Positions 37,263 to 50,790 of a stretch of DNA of 63,587 nt are shown piece by piece. The stretch comes from Octopus bimaculoides (taxonomy: Eukaryota), in NCBI RefSeq assembly GCF_001194135.2, contig NC_068988.1, forward strand, positions 13,185,684 to 13,249,270. Reading direction: 5' to 3'. Below the pieces are notes generated by a model. It had not been told where the DNA came from and made no database searches. It worked only from the letters and a program-made list of their open reading frames with translations. The position numbers were made by a program, and so were the translations under genes. Every line of letters begins with the position of its first letter. Positions within the stretch are counted from its first letter, which is position 1.

Positions 37263-38658
37263 TGTGGTTTGTCTACCTTCCTACTTATTAAGACTTTGAT
37301 TTTAAAACCCTTCGATTCTCTGTGTGTGTGTGTATGTATGCATGTGTTTGTATGTATTTATCTAGGTGTGTTTGTGTTTATCCCGCACTACAGCTTGATA
37401 ACTGGTGCTGGTTTATTTACATTCCTGTAACATAGCAGTTCAGCATATGAGAGCGATAGAATAAGTACCAGGCTTAAGAAAATAAGTATTGGAGTCAATT
37501 TGTTCAACTAAAACCCTTCAAGGTAGTGCTCCAGCATGGTCACAGTCCAACAACTGAAACAAGTAAAAGATAAAGTGTGTGTGTGTATTTAATTTTGGTT
37601 GAATCAGTCTCTGTGGGTTCACAGGGATTCAGGCAAGTTGCACCCACAACCAGAGCTCATAGTAGCAAGAGACTGACTAAGCCAAAATGAAATATATTAT
37701 CACTTCCTACATTATTGTTTTATGTACTCTATCTGAAAAGTTTTTAAGGCCTTTCAGTTTTATCACTAACTTGCAACCCTAATTCAGAGACAGTTCTAAT
37801 ATTTCAACAGAGCTTATAAATTGAAAAGAGGAGTAAAGTTGGGAAATTTACTAAAGACATCAGTTTCAGTAAACAAATGTATATAGCATAACAGTTTTAT
37901 CTGCAACACGTAGAATAATTGAACTGTGGTAGTCATTGTATCCATTAAAATTATACAATGTCATATTCATTTTTATTTCATGATTATTAGTAATAATAAC
38001 AGGCATCTACATTTACGACCTGGTCACTCACACTAACTACTTCACTGTATCTCTTCTACTGTTTCTGATGAGTGGCCATTTTCTTTTCAGTCTCCATCTC
38101 AATGCTTGGATTTCGTGTGAATATACAGATTCTGGCTATTGCTAGTGTCTTATATCCTTCTATATTTAATGTCTTACTTCCTGCCAAATTCAATAAAATT
38201 GCAATAAAAAATGGGTTATTAAAGCAAATGAAACAAAATCAATTTTAAAACTTTAAATTTTCCCCCTTAATAAAGTAGTCGTAGTAGTAGTAACTTTTCA
38301 TGTATTATTGCAACATGATTTTATTTTCTTACTTTATCAGAAGCTATAAAACATAATAGGAAAGGTATTGATTGTGAGCTTGTCTCTGTCCACATTTAAT
38401 GACTACTATTAACATAAACCTACGTTATTTAACTTATTATTTCAAAATTCAGGAGTTGTTAACATCATTTTTGTAAACATCCACACATTAATTATAATAA
38501 TAATTTATTCATAACGATAATGTATTTTGATACCCAGCTGTTTGAATTATATAAACCTTGTAAGTCTAAAAGAATGTTGTAGAGTTAAATAAGATAGTTT
38601 GCTATATAATTCCAGTCATTTACTAGGTAAACAGTTAAACAATTGAAGATGTGTAAAT

Positions 38659-39066
38659 GCACAGGTGTGGCTGTGTGGTAAGAAGTTTACTTTCCAACCA
38701 CATGGTTTCATGTTCAGTCCCTCTGTGTGGAACTTTGGTCAAGTGTCTTCTATTACAGCCCCTAACCAATTAAAGCCTTGTGAATGGATTTGGTAGATGG
38801 AAACCAAAAGAAACCCATTGTGTGTGTGTGTGTGTGTGTGTTATGGTCTCCTTGCCTTGACATCACTTGATAGTTGTAAGCAACTGTCACCATCATACAA
38901 GCAGTGATTTTCATGAAAACATGTCTGGTAATGGGGAAATATCTTACTTGGAAACAAGTGAGAGTTGATGACAGGAAGAGCATCCAGCCAAAGAAAATCT
39001 GCCTCAACAAATTCTGTGTGGCCCATACAAGCATAGATAAGTAAATATTAAAATGATGATGATGAT
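38659..39066 (+). mobile_element. Full-length SINE family A with 3' module 2
   Basis: Head GCACAGGTGTGGCTGTGTGG, B-box-like TGTTCAGTCCC, body, (GT)n hinge, module 2, GGAAGAGCATCCAGCC and an (ATG)n tail. Confidence 0.85.
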
Positions 39067-39589
39067 AATCATGATATCAAATGCATGGAATTAGATAATG
39101 CTTCGGAATTCTATTGATTATTTTCTTTTTATTTCATTAACAAGTTAAAAACTGTTGGAGATATTTCTGTCCATCATACTAAATTCATTTACTCTGAGTA
39201 GTTGGTTGGTGCAGTTATGATTTAAGTAATTAAAATATACAAATTGACTGAGTGGATGACAACAAATATACAGGAAAATGAGAAAATAACAAAACATAAC
39301 AAATAACTGAGGACTGGGTGCATCATTGCTGGTTTCAATTTTAATGTTTAAGTACTTTTGAGTTCATAATTCTTCCTCATATGAATGGATTTGTTTTCTC
39401 ATCAACAAAATAAGGAGTTGGAAGCACTAGAATACATGGATATAAAATATGTATTTTGACCTGTTTAGCTCTCCTCTATGGTCCATGGTAGAGTTTTGTC
39501 TTCTAATGAAGTGTGCCTCCACAATCCAAAAGTTAAGTTTACAGCACCTCTGGTGTCTTGCTAAGGTCTGTGTCTTTATATTTGTTTGG

Positions 39590-39900
39590 TGTGTTCATCT
39601 GTGCTGAAAATCTGCACTGAGTGATTTTGCCTTATTGTTTATTTTGCCAATGTGGAGACAGATACATTGGATCAATAAAGTGACAGTTATGTCAGAATAG
39701 TGGAACAGTTTATCAAAGCAACTTTACTCAACACAGTATTCCAGCACAGATATGAAAACATAGACCTTGGCAAAACATGCAGAACACTATAAATTTCTGA
39801 ATTGTGGAAACACACTTGGTTTGGAGACAAGACCTGACTCTGAACTACAGAGGAGAGTTGGACATGTGGAAATACATCTTCAATATCTCTGAGCTGTAAA
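39590..39900 (+). mobile_element. Possible Penelope-like GIY-YIG remnant
   Basis: Translation FCQCGDRYIGSIK*QLCQ resembles C.CG..YIG.T.R.L. Heavily decayed. Confidence 0.4.
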
Positions 39901-41421
39901 GATATATATTTTTACACTTTCAACTCCCAATTTATCAATGAGAGGATGAAATCAAATCAGTTCATCAGATGAACTTGAAAGCACTAATGGCTGAAGTATT
40001 AAGACTTAAGCAAGCAACAATGTTTCTAATTGACAATTATTTTATATTTTGTTACTTTGCTATATTTGTTATCACATGTTCATCCACTTGGCTGCTCACA
40101 CATCCATTTACTTGTCAGTCTATCCATCACTCAAATCACACATCACTGCACTAACCCACTACTACCCAAAGTGTAAACATGTTGCATGAGATGCACTAAT
40201 GCATTATGTGCATTATACCAATCCATTTAATCTTGATGTATTAGTAGAAAGGTTTTGTGATAAACTACAGCTTGACATGTACATATTACTTTTTACATGA
40301 GTAAAAATCTTATCCTGATTTACAATAGAAATGACTCTTTGTAATTGTACTGACCTTATAATTTACTCTCAGGAACTGCTCCAAGTTTTATCTAAAACCA
40401 ATTAGTTCTTGTTTTTGTTTAGCCCTAGGTATCCCCGAACAAGCTCACTTACAGTCAAAGGTGTTTGAGACATCACTATCCTGTCTTTTATTGAGATATT
40501 ATAATATCTAATACTACATTAGGCAATGTGTCCTTCCTTCCTTTAAAATAATGGTAGGGTATGATTTAAAGAAACTTGATAGCTGTTTCTAGCAAATCAC
40601 TTGATCTACTAAAAATGGCTGTCAAGAGCCTCATTTGTTCATATTCCAATTAATTATAGGGGAAATATAAAATGTATAGACACCAGCTGTTAAGAAACAT
40701 CCAACTGTCTTAGACATCTAACAGTTAGAAATTTAATTTTTCATGGACTCTGAGTACTGTTTCCTCAACTTCAGATAATGTACCCTTAGTACCTTATGCA
40801 TACTGTATTCTTGAACTATTCTTAGACTGATAAACTACACAGAGATGTCCAGTCACAAATATTTCATTATCATGTTCCTTATTTTCATCTTCGGCTTTTT
40901 AATCTTCATGTGTATTATTTTAATCATTTTTTTTTCATCACTATTTACTTGGTGACCTCATTAGTGTTGCTAGCATAAAACAAGTACTCAATACACATTG
41001 TAAATTGGTTGGCATTAGGAAGGGCATCCAGCCATAGAAACCAATTCAAAAGTGACACTGGAGTTCGACAAAGCCCCTGTGTTTTTCCAGGTCCTGTCAA
41101 ACCATCCGACCCATATTAGCATAGAAAATGGATGTTAAATGGTGTTGGTGTTGATTTTAAAATCAAATTTTGATATAAATTATATTTTTACAGTTTGATG
41201 CACTTTCTAATGATTAAATACCTCATAACATTTATCATTTTGTATAATGCTATGTATTCTTTTCTTGTTCTTTTTTATATTTCTTAAAACCATTAAAGAA
41301 AAGTATAGGAACTATATCATAATCAATAGCAAATATTAACGTCATCACTCTTTTATGTTATTTGATTGGTTTGCCTGCTTTCTCAACAGGAAGCATTTGA
41401 ATTGACCTATAATAATATAAT

Positions 41422-41630
41422 TCATCATCATTATCATTGTCATTTAACGTCCACTTTCCATGCTGGTATGGGTTGGACGGTTTGACTGAGAACTGGCATG
41501 CCGGGAGGCTGCATCAGGCTCCAATCTGATTTGACAAGGTTTCTACAGCTGGATGTCCTTCCTAACACCAACCACTCCAAGAGTGTAGTGGGTGCTTTTT
41601 ATGTGCTACCGGCATGGGAGCCAGTCAGGC
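41422..41630 (-). mobile_element. RTE-type 3' tail fragment
   Basis: TTTAACGTCCACTTTCCATGCTGGTATGGGTTGGACGG ... GGATGTCCTTCCTAAC. Confidence 0.8.
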
Positions 41631-42039
41631 CCCATATAATTCTGTATCAAAGATAATTCAAAGTTTCAAAATAGAAACCAGAAGACTAATCTACAGAAAA
41701 ACACATTCAGCAAGTTTAAGTGATTGGGGAAGCATGTTTTCTCAAATTTGTTGTCAGTAATGCAGAAACATCAGTTAACAATATATGTTCCATGTCTTTG
41801 GATTAGATTAAATGAAGCGTTAGAAACATTACATTTTTAGTGGTTTTTGTAGGAGAGATTATTATTATCACAATATATATTATTATTATATATATATAGT
41901 CAGTTGAGGTGTGTTCTATTAAGGCCGTATAAGAGTACAAATAGAGCTTGTTCACCCTTAGAATTCCCAAAAAGCCGGTAGTGTTCTTATGGTATGTTAC
42001 CAATTCTAGTCTTAGGTATTCCTTGTGTGTGAAAGTAAA

Positions 42040-42290
42040 AAGTAAAAGAGTCAAAAGGAAGAGTAAGTACAGTTAGGCAGCTTTTTAATCGCTACAAATG
42101 TTTTGATACATACAGATCCTCGTATATACAGGATTTTATAGATCTTCTTGTACAGGTAAATCATTAAATAATTTAATTCAAACTTAACTTTAAATCCTGT
42201 ATATATGAGGATCTGTAATGTATCGAAAAAATTTGTAGCGATTAAAAAGCTGCCTAGCCATACCTACTCTTTCTTTTGACTCTTTTACTT
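42040..42290. repeat. Long inverted repeat (~98-bp arms, ~53-bp spacer), MITE/foldback-like
   Basis: Arm 42040-42137 is the reverse complement of 42191-42290 with about 9 differences, including the exact block TAGGCAGCTTTTTAATCGCTACAAAT. Confidence 0.85.
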
Positions 42291-43899
42291 AGGATTGCAT
42301 TGAGATCCAGTGTGTGCTTTGGCATGGTTTCTACAGTTAAATACCCTTTCCAACACTAACCCCTTTACAAAATCTACTGAGTGTTTTTCTTGTGACACGA
42401 GCACTAGTGAGATACAGGAACAGGTATCTTGCTGTAGAGGAGACATGTGGCTACCCTGTATTATATGAGTATTATATAAGTAAGGATGAGAGTAGCTGAA
42501 AAGAAGATAATGGTGGTGATAACAAGATATCAGTATATAGTCTCATGATATATATATATGTCAAAATAGTTGTGTATTAAAATTAGTATGCTTTATTTTG
42601 AAATTATAAAAAGAAAACTAAACCATAAATAAAATCAGATAAGTCATTTATTTTATATACAATTAATTTGACTTTGCAGTTGTAACAAAAATGTTTTCTC
42701 ATAAAGAATGAAACCAAATCCTGTGAGGTACTTCAGACATGTCATGGACATTCTCCAAGAATGATTTGAAACTTTTACTTCGATGTTTCAAAGTTATAGC
42801 ATTATGACTTGTAGGCTTCTTAAAGAGATGAATATTTCTGCTGTATTAGAGCACATTAAAGAGGCTTGTTTGTATGAAAAACATGTTTGTATGAAAAGAA
42901 AGTAGCTTCTTTTAACCAATAGATAATAGTTTCTATTATATGAAGGTATCATAGAACAATATGCAGTGCTTTATAAATGAGTGCAAATGGTTTAAATTAT
43001 CTGTCTATGAATTGTGATTTTTGTTTCTCGTAGTTAATGTTTCACTGTCTTTCACAATGTATCAAATCTTCCTTCACCTCCCCACTACACTTATATGGCA
43101 ATAGAATAGATAAAAGAAAATTTGTAAATGATTCAGTGGTAGAGTGTTAAACTAATGAAGAAAAGATGAGGTTGTTTACAATAATAATGTGTACACCTGA
43201 ACACAAACATTTCACAAACACCTGTTTAATCAAGGAAAAGCATAAAAGGTATACAAAAATAAAAGCTTTAAGGAAAAATTTAAATGGTTGTATGTCACTT
43301 TGGTATATTTTGTCTGAATTTTCCGTATTTATTATATTTAAAAGACTAAAAGGAGACCCTTTAAGTTACTCAATTGTTGCGGTTTTCAAGAAAACCCTAT
43401 CTCTCCAACTGTGAAACCAGCATTAACTAATTATTTCTGTTCATTTGAAGAATTTAAAGATTCTCTTTCTTTCATTTTAATGGTGGGAAGGGGTTCCTTT
43501 TCTGATTTGAAAGAAATATTTGGGGGTTACTGTTGCAATTTCTGGAAAGCCTTTTCCTCACTTGTTTCTTGAGATAATAGGATCAATGAAGTTAAGGCTT
43601 AGCCTTTGAGTAAAGGTTTGATTGTATATCATTTACTTCATGATCACTATATTCCTTCCTTTCTTTTCTTTTTTTATTTTATTGCACTGAAACTCTGCGC
43701 CCTGACTGCAATAGTTATGTACCTTGATTTGGGTCATAAATTTATTTAATGGCAAATATTGATTCCATATCAAAGTTTACTAATCAATATATATTTCTAT
43801 TCGATATGTGTATAATGCTAAAATAGAGTGGGAGTATCTTTACTGACTGCTGAGCAAGAACACTGGCTTTATCTTACATTTCAACACTTGCTTCTTTCC

Positions 43900-44490
43900 T
43901 TTATTCCTTCCTTCTCTCTCCAGCTCTCTTACTCAAATCCTTTATCTGTCTGTCTCTCAGTCTCTCTGTCTTTCTCTCTCGCTTTCTCGCTTCATCTTTT
44001 ATTCTCTTTTTCTTTCCCTGCTCATCTTTAAATCTTATCTGTCTTCCATTTTTCTCATCTCTTTTTCCCTTCCTCTTCAATTGTCTCTTTTTCTCTCTCA
44101 TTTTACTTCTCTCTCGTCTCTTCTATTCATCTTGTTATTTATCTCTTCCCTCTCTTTTCTCTTCTCTCTCTCTCTCTCTCTCTCTCTCACTCATTCTTGA
44201 TTTAGGTTTCCATCCCCACCTCTCTCTACTCACTCTTTATCCACTCTTGCACACTCTCTCTCCACCCACTCATATTCTCTCATTTGACACTCTCCTTTCT
44301 CTCTTCATTTTTTCCCCCATTTCACTTTCCTCTCTCTGTCTTCTCATTCTTTCTCTTTCTCTCTCCCATCTCTCTTTCTCTCTCTCACTCACACTCTCTC
44401 TCTCACTCACACTCTCTCTCTCTCACTCACACTCTCTCTCTCTCTCACTCACACACTCTCTCTCTCTCTCACTCACACACTCTCTCTCTA
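43900..44490. repeat. Long polypyrimidine/polypurine tract with (CT)n and (CACT) repeats
   Basis: About 600 bp that is almost entirely C/T on the plus strand. Confidence 0.9.
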
Positions 44491-45400
44491 AAAAAATTAG
44501 TTTATGATATTAGCACAGCTGTTAGTACTGCTCATTATCCCATAATCCAAGTCATTGCTATAGCAGTAGCAGCATTAGTAGCAGCAGCAGTAGTTCCAAC
44601 TACAACAATAGTAGCAGATAACTTAAGAAGCAATAGCAGTAGTGGTAGCAGTACCAGTAGTAGCAAGTCATTGACAGCAGCTATGTGCCACCTCACTCTC
44701 TCTAACTTATGTTCTGCTGCTGTATGTGGGATTTAAATATTTAGCTGCTAACACATAGAGACGCATATACAAATTGCTGTATATAATATAATTACACACA
44801 CATACGCACACTCACTCATACACATACGCAGTTTACCTTTTCTCTCTTTCTCCCTACCTTTTCTCTCCCACCCTCACTCTCCCATTTAATTTTTTTTTTT
44901 GTTGTGGTGTTTGTGATTATATCCAACGTTGAATCTGAAGGATTTTCATTCCCTCCTACGGTAAGACTTGGAAATTTTTTCCCAATTCTGCGTTATTATA
45001 GTTAGACAATTCTGGAATTATTTGTTGATTAGAAATGAGGGTGAAACAAAGATGAAGGGGATGGAATATAATAGGCTGTTGACTATTTACTCATATATTT
45101 CTTTTAAAGTAAATTAGCTAATTAACCAGTAAACACAGCTAGCAGATACCATTGATTATATGTAAACTGTATGCCTCGATATTATTTAGACTAGTGAAGA
45201 TACGTGCATTGATTATTATAATTATTATTGTTAATATTCTATAAACCCTTTTTTTCTTCTTTTTTTTTAAAAAACCTTGAACCTAATATATCTGGTTTTT
45301 GTTTTATGCTCATTATTGATATTATATCAATTACTGTCAAAAAATAAATAAATCCAGATAAGGAAGATTCATGTAGGGAATCATATTCTAATTTCTTTAA

Positions 45401-45401
45401 A

Positions 45402-45476
<75 letters not shown>
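45401..45476. repeat. (CA)n microsatellite
   Basis: Directly visible. Confidence 0.95.
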
Positions 45477-45477
<1 letters not shown>

Positions 45478-47008
45478 CAAAATGAGGCATTTTAACCAAA
45501 AATACTCCTATCATTTGTACAGGAATTCTTGGTTGTTGCCCCACTTGTTAAATGACACCTGACAAAAATCAGTCTCCCAGAAATAAATCATATATTGCTC
45601 TCATACTTGATATTAGATAAACAAACAAGTAAATGGTATTATCATGTACGTTTTCTTTTTGTTTTTGCTTGTTTGATAAAACGTAGAAAAAGATCATATC
45701 TTAAACCCAAATACATTTCTGTTCATTCATCTATTATCTCACAAAATTGTGAACTGTCATTCTGGCTAATACCTCACCTCTCTCCTTTACTTTAATTGCT
45801 GCTAGTTCTATCAATTTTATCTTGGTGCCTTAATTCTTAGATTTTTTTCTATGCTGGTTTCTTTGTGAAATATCATTTAATAAAAAAAAAAACGTTTGAA
45901 TTCTATGTCTATGTACCCATTATGTGTATGTGTGTACATATACACATACATACCCATACATACATGTGTGTATATGTGTGTGAGTGTGTGCTTGCTTGGA
46001 TTTCTTTATTGATTTTAAAGCTCAGAAATATCAATGTACTTATTTCATGTCTAAATAAAAAAAAGAGAAAAAGAGAGTAATTGAGTCAATGAGCTTACAG
46101 TGAAAGCACATTCAGACATAGTTTTCATTTAAGGTTTCATTTAAACCATCATCCATTTAGAATCTGCTAACGAGGTGTTGAATGCCAAAAAGACTACTTG
46201 CTTATTGTTAGCCTATGGTTATCTTAGAGAGATTTTGGCTTCTTATAAATGACACATAAAACAGTAGTTGTGTGTTATTATATTTGTCCTTTGTCCTTCA
46301 GGATCAGGAATTCAACACACCATTTCTGAATTCCATTGCTTTTGATATATAATTTATGAGTATCATTTTCATTATAATGTTAAAAAAATTTTAGAGCAGA
46401 AGTTAAGATGTTAAAAGGAGAAAATTTATGATAGGGTTTAACATTGTAGAATTATTGTCTTAAAATGATCATCTTAAAGTTGCAAGGAAATATGCAATTA
46501 TATATATATATATATATATATAGTAAGACATAAGTTAAAAAGATAGGTAATTCTGGTGGGGAAATCTAGTAAGCAAGAATAAATCTGTACTGTATCACAA
46601 AACTATTCTAATGAGGAGCAAATTTGTTGACTTCTAGTTTCTGTTTTATTGTAATAAAAAGTTACCTTTAAAGTAAATAGCTTACTCTAGATAAGGGGAA
46701 ATTAATCTAGCTTATATGATGAAAATAAATGAATATAGAAGCTCAAGAGGTATAATTTCATCAAGTTTACCAATTATTTATTTATTTATTTATTTAATGT
46801 CTTTTTCATATCAGTTATATATGAGTTTATTATTTGTTTTGTTTGTGTAAACAAATTATTCTTACATTGAGATATAAGAACTTTATATTCTTCATGCCTC
46901 ATACAAAATTTCTTCATTTACAGACTATCATCAGCAATCATTAAGACTAAAACAATCATTTACTATACATTTTATAATCTCTGACTTTAATATGCACATA
47001 CGCACAAA

Positions 47009-47131
<123 letters not shown>

Positions 47132-48961
47132 ATAGACTAATAAAATATGATTTCCTATGGAACAAAATATTGTTCTGATCTCTTTGAATTAACTCTTTTG
47201 AAGGCCTTAGAAAACTATTGAAGCTCTGGAAAGAGTCTACATTCTATTGTAAGCAGTTAAATTATATAACATTCAATAACCGGAAATAAACGAGTTGAAT
47301 ATGATCCATTGGCTAGGCTCTGTGAACTTAGAAGACAGACTGATTGAAAAAAATTATGATTGGATACAAAATACATTGATGTTTGAGTAGGAGGGTAGGT
47401 TATGAGATATATTGATGTGTGCATGCACACCTACGCCAGAGAATAAATATCTCAATGTTGGAATGTATGTATGGTAAGAAGAGATGATAGCTATTACATA
47501 AATAGGTATCACAGGTTGATAATATATGCTAACAAGGGAGAAAGAAACCACTTTTCTCAAAGATAGGTCAAAGATACAACAACAGAGAAAAGATGTGCAA
47601 ATAGATCAGAAGATTATTTTACATCGTGGTCAAACCCATAACTATTGAAAAAATATGAAAAATAAGATGTTAATAATGATGAGGAATTTAAAGATTAAGA
47701 ATTTTTCAGGTTTGATATTATTACACAATTAATAAGAGAAAAAAAATACTAAACTAAATGATAATTATAAATCTCTAGTTTGAAGTGTTAATCACTTGGA
47801 TGATTATATTGATTTGTTTCAGTTCATTTAGCACCAAATAAATATAAAAAGGTTAAGTTGGCTTTTAGATGGGACTGAAAATGTTTAGATAATGATGTGT
47901 TAGTCTGAGTTATTTATATTAAAAACACTACTGTATATTTCATTGATGTGTTTCCATTCGGAGATGTGATCCATGTTTTGTTATTGTAATCAAATAAAAA
48001 TGTTTGGATATTCTTTAAATTTCAAAAGATATATTTTTATGATTCGTTCTATGTTTTCCTGTTCGTTACATTGAGAACAAGGCTGCTGAAGCCATTTTTA
48101 TAATGTAAAGTTTAGTGTGTTTAGATTGGTTTTTAGAAGTCATGTGAATAGTGTGATTTGGGAGACATCTTGAATATGAGTGCATGATGTAATTGCATAA
48201 ATGGCAGTTGATAGTTATAGAACCTCACACAAACAAGTTATGTACGTGTGTGCTTATTTTCCATCATGTTGTGTGGAAAAGCATATAAAATAGCTTATAC
48301 GAGTGATTTAAGTATGTATGTGTTATTGTGTGTGTATATATTTATATATGTATGTATAAATGAATGTGTGTGTGTGTGTGTGTGTGTAAAAGTATAGATA
48401 CATAGATATGAGTGTATGAATTAGTTATTGTAATTGTAAAATCATGTCAAAAATATGAATACAATCCTGTTTGTGAATCCAAAGGCTAATGTAATCCCCT
48501 AAGTTTTCTCAATGAATATATTTGTGTCAAATATAAACTATATATGCAAAGAATCTATTTAAGAGCAAAAGGCACTGAATATCTAAGAAACAAGAATTTA
48601 AGATAGTGCTGTCACATGTTGGTAAGGAAAATTGGCAAGGAAAGTTTGTGATTGGTCATGCTTTAAGCTATCCAGAAGAAAAACATGGATTTAAGCTAGA
48701 GATGTTAGTGTGTGAAATCTGGGGATGAAAAAGGAGAATTTTAGCTGAGGACAGCATGGAATGGATAGATGTTGTCAAATATACTGTCTGACTATGAAAA
48801 ACGAAAAAATATTAAAACAGGGATTATAATGACAGTAATTAATATAAGAAGAACAGAGACAGTATATCACCTGGTTTTTAATGTTTTATAAAGTGTCTGG
48901 TTAGTTGGAATTGACTGTGTCTTTGATCTCTCATATTGTTTATTGATATAAGTACTTAAAT

Positions 48962-49177
48962 TAGGCAGCAAGCTGGCAGAATTGTTAGCGCGCTGAGTAA
49001 AATGCTTAACAGTATTTTGCCTATCTTTATGTACTGAGTTCAAATCCTACCAAGGTCAACTTTGCCTTTCATCTTTTTGAGATTGATAAAGTAAGTACTA
49101 GTTAAACACTGGGGGTTGATGTAATCAACTTCCCCTTCTCTCGAAATTGCTGGCCTTGTGCCAAAATTTGAAATCAA
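48962..49177 (+). mobile_element. Full-length SINE family B
   Basis: A-box-like TGGCAGAATTG, B-box GAGTTCAAATCC, body GGTCAACTTTGCCTTTCATC, and end GGCCTTGTGCCAAAATTTGAAA. Confidence 0.85.
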
Positions 49178-49199
49178 TATAAGTAATTAAATAGTAGGC

Positions 49200-49567
49200 A
49201 CACACTTCCCAACCACATAATTTCAGGTCCAGTCCCACTGCATGGCACCTTGGGTTGACCAAAGTCTTGTGACTGGATGTGGTAGATGGGAACTGAAAGA
49301 AGTCTCTCGCGTGTGTCTGTGTTTGTTTATGTGTGATGGCCTTCTTGTCTTGACTTTGTGTGATAGTCTTAAACAAGTGTCCTCATCATACGAGTAGTGT
49401 CCTTCGTTTCCAGTCTTCCATGAAAACATGTTATGGAGAAATATTATCTTACTTGGACACAAGTGAGGGTTAGCAACAGCAAAGACATCTGGCTATAGAA
49501 AATTCTCTTCAACAAATTCCATCTGACCTATGGTAGCATGAAAAAGTGAATGTTAAAAAGATGATGA
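49200..49567 (+). mobile_element. SINE family A with 3' module 2, internally deleted
   Basis: CAGTCCCACTGCATGGCACCTTGGG is joined to TTGACCAAAG. Module 2 and a GATGATG tail follow. Confidence 0.75.
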
Positions 49568-50504
49568 ATATACTGGAGTACATTACAAAAATAAAAGCAC
49601 CCAGTACATAATATAAAATGATTGATGTTAAGAAGGGCATCGAGCTGTAGAGACCATGCCAAACCAGCCAGTGAAGCACATTGCAATCCTCAGACCTGTT
49701 GGATCCTGTCAAACCATTCAACTAATACTAGCATGGAACATGGATAATAAATGGTGATGATGAACCCTCTTGCTTACAAAACAGTCGTCTGGTAACTCAA
49801 GGGAAATCCTGATGGTAAAAATATATAATCAGAGTGTGTCATGCTGGTAAAAGGTTTGCTATAACAGTGTTCTCTCAAATAACATTATGTAGATAAATTG
49901 TGAGATAAATCACCCAGCTGGCAGATATTTCCACAACAAATAAATACATTGATCTCTATTAGTTTCACTTTACAATCTGTTACTTCTGCATATTTCTGCT
50001 GTTTATTTGAATACACTCTGTGTATGTGTGTGTGTGTGTGTCCATGATTGTATGTCTCTGTAATGCTTCATTTGTGCCTATCCTTTTCAACGGGTATTAT
50101 TTTATGAATATATTACCCTCTGGAAATGAAAAGCAGTTTATATTTTTTGTCACAATAAACAATTATAAATAAACTCTGTGTGTGTGTGTTAAGTCCTATA
50201 TAAATATAAAGGTAAAAAAAAGAAAGAAATTAAAATGCATGCTGAGCCTTGAAAATTAAAATTCTTCAGATTCTGACTAAATACCTTCACTTCCCAAATC
50301 AACTAGTCCACCACATCATTTTATTGTCTTTTTGGAGTCTATAAGATCTACAATGTAAATAAAGAAACATCTCCATAACATCTGAGATATATGATTTTTA
50401 TGCTTTTGTTTTTTTCCATACTGGTTTGGGTTGGTTGAGTCATTTTCAACACAGTATCTCTTCAGTGAAGCCACATGGCTTCATGATTAGGATATTCAGC
50501 TCAT

Positions 50505-50790
50505 GATAATAAAATCATGAGTTCTATTCTCAATGGCATGTTCTGTCCTTGAGCAAGACACTTTATTTCGCATTGCTCTATTCCACTCAGTTGGCAAAAA
50601 TGAATTATACCTGTATTTCAAAGGGTCAGCCTTGTCACATTCTGTGTCACACTGAATATCCCTAAGAACTACATTAAGGGTACATTAGTCTGTGCTGTAC
50701 TCAGCCACATGCATGTTAATTTCATGCACAAGCTGTTTCATTGGTCAGATCAACTGCAACCCTCACCATTGTAACTGATGGGGTGCCAGT
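50505..50790 (+). mobile_element. SINE family D (decayed) with a CORE/V/Meta-like central motif
   Basis: TGTCCTTGAGCAAGACACTT, then a 3' part homologous to 53478-53835 (TAAGGGTACA, GATCAACTG-AACCCTC). Confidence 0.65.

Noticed and set aside
44284-44736. 150-aa ORF, the longest non-gap ORF
   Set aside because: The first half is CT/CACT repeat and the second half is cryptic AGC/AGT repeat, so the openness is compositional.
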